This document shows, in pieces, positions 1 through 7,483 of a DNA stretch of 41,708 nucleotides. Numbering within the stretch: the stretch's first letter is position 1; every line of letters begins with the position of its first letter. The notes under the pieces were generated by a model. That model was not told where the DNA came from. It saw only the letters and a list, made by a program, of their open reading frames with translations, and ran no database searches. Origin of the DNA: Bdellovibrionota bacterium (GTDB lineage Bacteria > Bdellovibrionota_C > UBA2361 > OMII01); NCBI GenBank assembly GCA_044345405.1, contig JBIJBE010000032.1, forward strand, positions 1 to 41,708, given 5' to 3'. The position numbers and the translations under genes are program-made.

Positions 1-196
1 CTCACGTCTCACGTCTCACGTCTCACGTCTCACGTCTCACGTCTCACGTCTCACGTCTCACGTCTCACGTCTCACGTCTCACGTCTCACGTCTCACGTCT
101 CACGTCTCACGTCTCACGTCTCACGTCTCACGTCCGACGTCTTACGTCTTACGTCTTACGTCTTGCGTCTTGCGTCTTACGTCTTACGTCTCACGT
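1..196. repeat. 7-bp tandem repeat (CTCACGT)n, 28 units, running off the window edge
   Basis: 19 perfect CTCACGT units at 1-133, then 9 more in-phase units, mostly variants (CCGACGT, CTTACGT, CTTGCGT), to 196, decaying into GAACGT/GAACGC/CTACGT hexamers. Confidence 0.98.
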
Positions 197-248
197 GAAC
201 GTGAACGCCTACGTTCCCACACTTCGAAGTCCCTCTAAAAATACCCCC

Positions 249-277
249 TCGGCATAATCCCTTCGCCACTCTATACT
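249..277 (+). promoter_or_regulatory. Putative sigma70 promoter giving a leaderless ftsQ mRNA
   Basis: TCGGCA (249-254), 17 nt, TATACT (272-277), 6 nt, ATG at 284; no Shine-Dalgarno (SD) sequence. Confidence 0.55.
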
Positions 278-283
278 GCTGTT

Positions 284-1105
284 ATGCGAGTGCTCTTCAC
301 CTCCCTTATAGCATCCAGTGTTGTGCTCATTCATGTGCTCGACAATCCCGGCCGTATCTCAAATGGCCTTGATACCGCGAAGCAGCGGGCGGTTGCCCTC
401 CTGAATACCAAAGAGGTTCGGATAGAGGGGCTTCACACGCTCTCCCGGGCTGAGATTGAGCGGGTCTTGCCCCTCAATCGCTCCGTTGGATGGTGGATGT
501 TGAATGAGACCAGTATCAAGGCTCGGGTCGCGGAGAATCCGTGGGTTAAGGAGGTTGACCTTACCTCGTGTAAGGGCGGGGTCCTTCCGACCTTTGGCTG
601 CTTTGTCCTTTCGATTGAGGAGCGAAAGCCTCGGTTTATAGCCTTGGTGGATCAAGAGCGGTGGATTATCGGAGCCGATGGGTCTCTCATTATCCCCGCA
701 AATGGGAATGCGCCAGGGATGACCGACGAAACGTTACGGGCCCTCGTGCCGTTGTACGGGCTCGCATCTCGTGTGGCTACGCCAGACAAGTCTCAGGCGC
801 AGCTGGACCTCGCGCAGCGGGCCATTACGGCATTGGAACGCTCAGTGGAGCTCCCGGTCGAGTCGATAAGTTTTGAAGGGAAGGGGGATATCTCGGTCGA
901 TTTCGATAAGCTCCCATTTCCGGTGGTGTTTGGTTCCTCGTCGTCTGATTCATCTGCTGTGATCGAGGATCAGGGGCGTCGCTTGAAGGCGCTCCTCGCG
1001 CAGTTGAAGGACCGGATTCCGGAGATTGAAAAGGTGGATCTCGCCTTCTCAAAGGTGGGGATCGTGAAGTTTAAGGCCCCCCCGCCGGAAGAAAAAAAGG
1101 AGTAG
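284..1105 (+). CDS. ftsQ: Cell division protein FtsQ/DivIB
   Basis: N-terminal hydrophobic segment, POTRA-like (EVRIEGLHTLSRAEI...ENPWVKEV), IEERKP, C-terminal KVDLAF; directly upstream of ftsA-ftsZ. Confidence 0.85.
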   Translation: MRVLFTSLIASSVVLIHVLDNPGRISNGLDTAKQRAVALLNTKEVRIEGLHTLSRAEIERVLPLNRSVGWWMLNETSIKARVAENPWVKEVDLTSCKGGVLPTFGCFVLSIEERKPRFIALVDQERWIIGADGSLIIPANGNAPGMTDETLRALVPLYGLASRVATPDKSQAQLDLAQRAITALERSVELPVESISFEGKGDISVDFDKLPFPVVFGSSSSDSSAVIEDQGRRLKALLAQLKDRIPEIEKVDLAFSKVGIVKFKAPPPEEKKE

Positions 1106-1131
1106 CGTTTATACCTTGAAACTATCCCAGT

Positions 1132-1146
1132 TTTAAGTTACTTAAA
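1132..1146. promoter_or_regulatory. AT-rich 15-bp palindrome upstream of ftsA, possible operator
   Basis: TTTAAGT-T-ACTTAAA perfect inverted repeat in the ftsQ-ftsA intergenic region. Confidence 0.35.
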
Positions 1147-1242
1147 TTGATCTGAGGCGCCTTCAAACTGCGTTACGCTGTTTGGGCCCTGTGGGAAAAA
1201 CTGAATCACCCCAGGTTAGTTAACCTTTTTCAGAGCGGTCAC

Positions 1243-2469
1243 ATGCCAACCCCTTCCTCTCTCATCGCAGGTCTCGATATCGGGACATCCAGCATTAAGG
1301 TCGTTGTAGGTGAGCGCAAAGCGGATGGGCGGATTGACGTGATAGGCGTGGGCACCAGCCCATCCCGAGGCCTTCGTAAGGGGGTTGTCGTGAACATAGA
1401 AGGTACGGTGAACGCTATCAGCAAGGCGGTTGCTCAGGCCGAGACGATGGCTGGGTGCGAGATAAGCACCGTGTACGCCACGATCTCGGGGAGTCATCTC
1501 CGTTCACAGAACAGCCACGGCGTGGTTGGAGTGAAAGCGAAAGAGGTTTCGGCGCTCGATATTGAGCGGGTCGTTGAGGCCGCGAAGGCGGTAGCTATCC
1601 CAATGGATCGGGAGATCCTGCACGTTATCCCTCAAGAGTTTGTGATCGATGAGCAGGACGGAGTAAAGGATCCGATCGGCATCTCCGGTGTTCGTCTTGA
1701 GGCGCGGGTGCACATCATCACGGGCGCTATCGCGAGCGCTCAGAATATCGTGAAGTGCGCCAACCGATGTGGTTTGGCGGTTCAGGATATCGTAGCGGCA
1801 CCACTTGCATCGGCTCGGGCCGTTCTCTCAGAAGAGGAGCAGGAGCTTGGGGTGTGCTTGCTCGATATCGGCGGCGGCACGTGCAGTATCTCGGTATTTC
1901 ACGGGGGCGCGGTGAAGTTCACCACGGTTCTCGCCGTTGGTGGTAATCATATTACGAACGATATCGCGGCTGGTCTTCGCACCCCACTTGCGGCCGCTGA
2001 GAAAATTAAGTGTGAGTACGGCTCCTCTGTCACCGCAGGGGTTCGAAAGGATGATACCCTGGAAGTTCCATCGACCGGCGGTCGAGCGGCGCGAGTCCTC
2101 TCGAAATTCGTTCTCGCTGAGATTATCGAGCCTCGGGTCTCTGAAATGTTTAGCTTGATCCAACGTGAGCTCCAGAAGTCGGGATGTCTCGACATGCTGA
2201 CAAGCGGTTTCGTGATTACCGGCGGAAGCGCGAATCTTCCGGGGATCGCCCAGGTCGCGGAGCACGTTTTCAATCTTCCGGTTCGTGTCGCATCGCCTGA
2301 AGGGGTGGGTGGCTTAACCGACCTTGTCAAGGGTCCCGAGTCAGCGGCGGCTGTTGGGCTCGTCCTACACGGAGCCGCTCATACTGGCACTAGCCGAGCA
2401 GTGTCTGGCAGGGGGCCTGTTTCACGAACGGTGCGTCGAGTGGTTGGTTGGTTTACGGAGCATTTTTAA
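1243..2469 (+). CDS. ftsA: Cell division protein FtsA
   Basis: GLDIGTSSIK, GLRKGVVVNIE, DIGGGT, VGGNHITNDIA, VITGG motifs and a C-terminal amphipathic helix (VVGWFTEHF). Confidence 0.98.
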   Translation: MPTPSSLIAGLDIGTSSIKVVVGERKADGRIDVIGVGTSPSRGLRKGVVVNIEGTVNAISKAVAQAETMAGCEISTVYATISGSHLRSQNSHGVVGVKAKEVSALDIERVVEAAKAVAIPMDREILHVIPQEFVIDEQDGVKDPIGISGVRLEARVHIITGAIASAQNIVKCANRCGLAVQDIVAAPLASARAVLSEEEQELGVCLLDIGGGTCSISVFHGGAVKFTTVLAVGGNHITNDIAAGLRTPLAAAEKIKCEYGSSVTAGVRKDDTLEVPSTGGRAARVLSKFVLAEIIEPRVSEMFSLIQRELQKSGCLDMLTSGFVITGGSANLPGIAQVAEHVFNLPVRVASPEGVGGLTDLVKGPESAAAVGLVLHGAAHTGTSRAVSGRGPVSRTVRRVVGWFTEHF

Positions 2470-2835
2470 TTGGAAATATAGGGTAGTAGCTGTGGTCCTT
2501 CTGGGGGTTAGGAGGTATCTTCCTGAAGAGAAAACGGCGCGAGGCTTGAACACGTTTCGAGGTTCGCAGACTGCTCTGAAAAACCGTTCCGAAAGAATGA
2601 AAACACGTTTGGTAAGTCTTTACTTTTCGTGTCAATGGGGAATAATGGGCCGGCTTGCGTTCAGTGTGGCGTCGGACTAACGGTGCTCTCGAACGAGATG
2701 TTCTAAGGAAGGTTCGCTTCTCTGTTGATTTGGTAACGATTACCGTGTGATCGGATGCGAAGAGATACGAGGAGCAGCGTGGCGGACTGGGAGCAGATCG
2801 ATTTTGATTTTCAAGGTAGTGCGGAGGGGAATGGC

Positions 2836-4020
2836 ATGAGCGAATTAACCGGCAACAACAATGCAGTTATCAAGGTCTTCGGAATAGGTGGCGGCGGATT
2901 GAACGCTGTCAATAACATGATCCGAAGCGGGCTTACCGGCGTGGAGTTCTTCGCCGCGAATACAGATTCTCAAGCCCTCGCATCCTCTCTGCCTAAAAAT
3001 AAGATTCGTCTCGGCGACGATATCACCAAGGGTCTCGGCGCAGGCGCTGATCCTGAGGTTGGTCGTGCTGCCGCTCGTGAGAGCGTTGAGGCTATCCGTG
3101 AGGCGCTTCAAGGCGCTGACATGGTGTTCATCACCGCGGGAATGGGTGGTGGAACCGGAACCTACGGCGCCGCTGTAGTAGCTGAGGTAGCTAAGAGCCT
3201 CGGGTGTCTTACTGTAGGTGTTGTTACGAAGCCTTTCCTTTTCGAAGGAAAGCGCCGTATGCGCAACGCTGACCGTGGAATCGAAGAGCTTCGCAAGCAC
3301 GCTGACACGCTCATCACGATCCCAAATCAACGACTCCTCTCTATCGCTGGTCGTAACACATCGCTCCTCGACACCTTCCGCAAGGCCGATGATGTTCTCT
3401 ACCAAGCAGTTAAGGGAATCAGTGACCTCATCATCTGTGAGGGACTTGTTAACGTAGACTTCGCTGACGTTCGCGCAGTTATGTCCGAGATGGGCATGGC
3501 GATGATGGGAACCGGCGAGGCGAGCGGAGACAACCGCGCGGTTGAGGCTGCTGAGAAGGCTATCTCGAGCCCACTCCTTGAGGATATCTCAATCCACGGC
3601 GCTCGTGGAGTTCTCATCAACGTTACCGCTTCTCCTGACGTTACTCTTCAAGAGGTTAACGAGGCTGCTGAGCTTATTCACTCAGAAGCTCACGAGGACG
3701 CGAACATCATCTGGGGAATGGTTATCGACCCGAACACCGAGGATAAGGTACGTGTTACCGTTATCGCTACGGGCTTCGGAAGTGACTCTGTCGCTGATGA
3801 CTCAACCGTTACGGTTACTCCAGTTGCTCAGCAGATGGCTGCTCAACAGCCTGGTCTCAAGACCCAGGGCATGGATATCCCAGCGTTCGCTCGCAAGCAG
3901 CTCGGTGCTAACGCCGGCGCGTCTGAGGTTATCAAGCTCAAGAAGCTCTCCGTTCTCTCAACATCAGAGGACGAGGAGAAGTTTGAGATCCCAACCTTCC
4001 TTCGCAAGCAGGCTGACTAG
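2836..4020 (+). CDS. ftsZ: Cell division GTPase FtsZ
   Basis: GIGGGGLNAVN, tubulin signature AGMGGGTGT, NVDFAD, C-terminal EIPTFLRKQAD. Start placed at ATG 2836 after GGAGGGG; GTG 2779 is an in-frame alternative. Confidence 0.99.
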   Translation: MSELTGNNNAVIKVFGIGGGGLNAVNNMIRSGLTGVEFFAANTDSQALASSLPKNKIRLGDDITKGLGAGADPEVGRAAARESVEAIREALQGADMVFITAGMGGGTGTYGAAVVAEVAKSLGCLTVGVVTKPFLFEGKRRMRNADRGIEELRKHADTLITIPNQRLLSIAGRNTSLLDTFRKADDVLYQAVKGISDLIICEGLVNVDFADVRAVMSEMGMAMMGTGEASGDNRAVEAAEKAISSPLLEDISIHGARGVLINVTASPDVTLQEVNEAAELIHSEAHEDANIIWGMVIDPNTEDKVRVTVIATGFGSDSVADDSTVTVTPVAQQMAAQQPGLKTQGMDIPAFARKQLGANAGASEVIKLKKLSVLSTSEDEEKFEIPTFLRKQAD

Positions 4021-4055
4021 TTGGTCTGATCGATAGGCCGCGCAGAGCGGAAGGA

Positions 4056-4099
4056 GAGCCCCCGAGTAGCCCGTGTCGGCTATTTGGGGGTTCTTTTTT
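4056..4099 (+). terminator. Intrinsic terminator after ftsZ
   Basis: 16-bp stem GAGCCCCCGAGTAGCC / GGCTATTTGGGGGTTC (with G-U pairs), 6-nt loop, followed by T6. Confidence 0.85.
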
Positions 4100-4249
4100 G
4101 GGGGGCTCTCTACTTGAAGTAGAAAAATGCCGGTATTGCGTGCTGGAGATGAATTGCGTTCTCAAGCTCGATATACTGGGCTCTTGCGTGTAGATCGGTG
4201 TCAGTTCGCAATTATGTGAACCCTCGATCTGTGCGGCAAAGGAGTTGAT

Positions 4250-5794
4250 GTGAACGACCGGATGGACAAGAGCCGCGAGAATCGATCGAGCGCTCACCGT
4301 GACGAAGGTGCGACAACGAGTGGTCCGCCGAACGATGGAAGGTGGGGCAGCGGGTGGAAGCTGCCCCCTCGGAGTGGTAGCCGGCCCGCAGATAAAGCGG
4401 ATCCTCGCTCAATCCCAGAAAGCCCAGTGATTCATGATTCCGTCAAACTTCTCTTGCGTCAGAACGGGGATTGTAGCGTGCTGACCCCGGGACGGGAAAA
4501 AGAGCTTGCCCGTCAGGTGGTGTCCGCTCGACAGACCTTCCTTGAGGGGATCCTCTCCGTCGAACCTATCGCGCGAGCGTGTATCATGTTGGTTGAAGAG
4601 GCGCTCGAAAGGAATGAACCGTACAGCCCGTCGAGTATCCTTCATATCGCTACTATTGACACGAAAGCGGTTATCGCTCCCATCTTCGAGATGGCCCGGC
4701 TTAACGTTCGCACAGCGCGAGCGCTCCTTGAGCGATGCGAGGAGCGGTGGTGTTCGGAGCGAGCCGAGGGGGATGGACGGAGTGCAAAAGCTACGATTGG
4801 TGCTGAGGTGCAACGAGACCTGAACAAGGTCGGGGTGCTTTTGGCGGAGATACCGATGCGGTCTCAGTTCACAGAGAGCTTCTTTAAAGATCTCCGCACC
4901 CTCGCCGCGAAGGCGCGCGTAGTGGGAGTAGTAAGCGATGCGCCCAAAAACGGGGGCGATCAGATAGATACCGGGGCTCTCTGGAGCCTTACGAAGAAGC
5001 AGCTCTCCGCTACGTTTCATGGCGTGATTCAATCTGAACGCTTGTAACTCGAGGCGCGCGAGGAGCTGGTGCGTCGAAATCTCCTCCTCGTTAAATCCTG
5101 GGCATCTAGGTACCTTGTTCCGGGGGTGAGCTTTGATGATCTCGTGCAGGAGGGAACGTTCGGTCTTATGGTCGCCGTAGAGAGGTTTGAACCGGAGCGG
5201 GGATATCGGTTTAGTACCTATGCCACCCAGTGGGTCAAGCAAGCGATCCTCCGGCATTGTGATTTTCACGGAAAAACTGTGAGGGTTCCCTGGGTCGTTC
5301 GGAGCGCGATGCGCATGGTCGAAAGGTTCAAGGGAGAGTATCGGGGAAGGAACGGCAGGAACCCGACAGGTGCTGAGATAACCGAGGCTCTAAGGGGGAA
5401 GACTGCTGGAGTGAAGGTTGACGAGGAATGGCTTGAGCTATGCTCACCTGCGGCGAAACCCCAGGTCTCCCTTGACCAGCCCTTTCACAAGGGTTCTGAC
5501 GATCCCCCGACATTGGGAAACTTTTGCGACCGCAGCGAATCCCCGGAGACGGAGGTTCTCGACCGCCTAGAGCTTGAGGAGATGCGGTTTATCCTTACGC
5601 AGGGGCTCGCGACGCTCGATGATCGTGAACGGACCGTTCTTGCGCTGCGGTTTGGGCTGAACGGCTCAGAGTCCCATACCTTGGAAGAGGTGGGGGGGGA
5701 ATTAAAAGTTACGAGGGAGAGGGTACGGCAGATTCAGGGCAGAGCGATTGAGAAGTTGCGAAAGCGGATCGGAAGGGACGAAGCCGAAGAGTAG
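4250..5794 (+). pseudogene. RpoD/RpoS-like sigma-70 factor interrupted by an in-frame TAA at 5045-5047
   Basis: ORFs 4250-5047 and 5069-5794 share a frame; read-through gives SERL*LEAREELVRRNLLLV. Region 1.2 (DSVKLLLRQNGDCSVLTPGREKELARQV) lies upstream of the stop; region 2 (DLVQEGTFGLMVAVERFEPERGYRFSTYA), region 3 (VSLDQP) and region 4 (TLEEVG..LKVTRERVRQI) lie downstream. Confidence 0.85.
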
Positions 5795-5960
5795 AGCTGG
5801 TCTTGTGTGCGAAATGTGCTCCTGTTTGGTCGCCGGGATGCGGATAGAACGGTCCATGCGAATTCCGTGCGGGTCATCGCCGCACCACCAATCTGTGCCA
5901 GACGCCGGCTATCCCCTGCGATCTCTCAACTCCACTTTTAGTGGAGTCGTGTCCGGGGTT

Positions 5961-5989
5961 TTGACTACTGCTCGCGAGGCAGGGATGAT
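5961..5989 (+). promoter_or_regulatory. Putative sigma70 promoter
   Basis: TTGACT (5961-5966), 17 nt, GATGAT (5984-5989). Confidence 0.4.
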
Positions 5990-5995
5990 GCTTCA

Positions 5996-6101
5996 AAGTT
6001 CTTTCATATCAGCATACGTGTCGAGGAGATGGTTGTAACGAGGCTATCCGTACGCCCCTGGTTGCGCAGGTGCGTTAGATAGCCTCGCTGCGTGGTTTTT
6101 T
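5996..6101 (+). ncRNA. Candidate structured leader or small RNA
   Basis: Perfect 10-bp stem CGAGGCTATC (6039-6048) / GATAGCCTCG (6078-6087) with internal pairing, then T6 at 6096-6101; lies downstream of a candidate promoter. Confidence 0.4.
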
Positions 6102-6159
6102 GTAAAGCTACAGATGCATGCGATGGCGATGGTCGATGGACTGAAAGGTCATAAGAGAA

Positions 6160-6453
6160 ATGAAGTCATCCAAAATGAATGCTGCTCGTACGTTACCAGA
6201 CGGCGAGGACTTTGTCCCCGTTGCCTACCTCAATGGTGGAGCGGCCAAAAACGGAAAGTGGGCATTTTGTGTCCGTAGGCGCCAACTCGATGGGTTGGTG
6301 GATGCGCTTGCGTTTAACCAGGTTCCCGAGGTTGACGGCGCTATCTGCCTCCTCACTGAGGATGGAAGATTGGAAAAGTGCGAGGAAGCACAAGTAACGA
6401 TCGCTAAGCTACAAAGCGCCCACAACGACCTCGGTGGGGCCCAGCGATACTAA
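6160..6453 (+). CDS. Hypothetical protein, 97 aa
   Basis: ATG-start ORF in an intergenic gap, followed immediately by a UUCG hairpin and T-run; no family recognised. Confidence 0.6.
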   Translation: MKSSKMNAARTLPDGEDFVPVAYLNGGAAKNGKWAFCVRRRQLDGLVDALAFNQVPEVDGAICLLTEDGRLEKCEEAQVTIAKLQSAHNDLGGAQRY

Positions 6454-6454
6454 C

Positions 6455-6472
6455 GAGGGCTTCGGCTCTTTT
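6455..6472 (+). terminator. Small UUCG-capped hairpin with short T-run
   Basis: GAGGGC-TTCG-GCTCTT-TT directly after the stop codon. Confidence 0.5.
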
Positions 6473-6474
6473 GT

Positions 6475-6564
6475 GATGGCTCGTGTCGTAGTGATTTAAC
6501 CGTTTTATTGCCAACGTAGATTACGTCAACGGTACAATGGTTTTGATCCTCGACACGAGCTGTC
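6475..6564 (+). ncRNA. Candidate 90-nt rod-like structured RNA
   Basis: 14-bp basal stem GATGGCTCGTGTCG / CGACACGAGCTGTC continued by further helices to a 3-nt loop at 6519-6521; six G-U pairs indicate plus-strand folding. Confidence 0.55.
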
Positions 6565-6831
6565 CTATTTCAGGATCTCCTCCCCCTTCGCAAAAAATCA
6601 AAATACCACGCCCCGTGATTCGGGAGGGCGCGCATCCTGCGCGCCATGTGGTTGCGTTCAGCGATACTCGTTAGCGATGCGCAGTATTTTGGCGACCAGG
6701 AATGGTCGCCCTCCGGCTGTGCGAGTTCGCACATGATCGGAAAACTAAGCCCCTGAATGGTAACGGCGGTCGTTACCGACCGCCGTGGTGCATCATGTGA
6801 ATGTCGATTGTCGCGCTCGCGGAATCGCAAC

Positions 6832-7209
6832 CTAACTCACCCGCTGCGACTGAAAGGTATAGGTGCACGATGCCTTGTCTTTGAGGTTCGCGGCGAACTC
6901 AGTCACGGTAACCTTTTCTCCTCGAATTCGTGTGGTGATCACTCGACCGATCTTTTTCTGAGCTCTCGTCGCGGTGAAGGTAGCGTTGCGTCCCCGCGCG
7001 CGCACCTTTTGTTTTCCGAACTTAATCGTTCCCTTATCGTTGCGCGAGAAGCTGAGATAGAATGAATCAGGTATGAGGCAGTTTGCCCCAACTCCCCGCG
7101 CCGACTTTGGCGTCATCAGGTAAAAGCGCTCGTCGGCGTGAGCGGTGGATGAGGCGCTCACGAGGTGAAGACCGATGATAAGGGTAAGAGCGGTGAAGAT
7201 ACGTTTCAT
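6832..7209 (-). CDS. Secreted basic hypothetical protein, 125 aa
   Basis: Signal peptide MKRIFTALTLIIGLHLVSASSTAHA, GAGG SD, beta-rich K/R-rich mature part with two Cys. Confidence 0.75.
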   Translation of the reverse strand: MKRIFTALTLIIGLHLVSASSTAHADERFYLMTPKSARGVGANCLIPDSFYLSFSRNDKGTIKFGKQKVRARGRNATFTATRAQKKIGRVITTRIRGEKVTVTEFAANLKDKASCTYTFQSQRVS

Positions 7210-7483
7210 ACAACCTCTGACAGTTCGAAATCCCTCTAGTTCAAAAGAGCACCAAACGGCCTCTTTCCACTAATCGAGGCGTTCGGGCGAAGTGCTTCAT
7301 GCGTGTTTGTAAGCCCCTGAAATTGTCCCGGATAATCGGGATGTGAGGGGCCTTTTGCCCCCTTTTTGACTGAGATACTGGGCTCAAGGGCTCATGTTCC
7401 CATCTGGTTGTGCCGACCTTCCTCTTGGCCGTAGCGTTGATAGCTGCGGAAATGTTTCTCTCATTCTGGGGTGGGTGAAGGTC

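Noticed and set aside
1-196. CRISPR array or telomere
   Set aside because: Units are 7 bp with no spacers and no cas genes. The flanking genes are core bacterial genes, so a contig break at a simple repeat is the simpler explanation.
197-283. N-terminal extension of FtsQ through the repeat
   Set aside because: In-frame TAA at 236-238 and no alternative start codon between it and 284.
5045-5047. Selenocysteine or pyrrolysine recoding, or an alternative genetic code
   Set aside because: The stop is TAA, not TGA or TAG, and TAA ends normal genes here (ftsA, murG, thrS).
4409-5269. 286-aa minus-strand ORF
   Set aside because: Antisense shadow of the sigma factor gene with no recognisable motifs.
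6448-6564. Integron attC site
   Set aside because: The bulged hairpin is suggestive, but there is no matching RYYYAAC / GTTRRRY pair at its ends and no integrase in the window.
6570-7065. ORFs 6570-6830 (-) and 6757-7065 (+)
   Set aside because: No motifs or clear SD; the second is antisense to the better-supported secreted protein gene.
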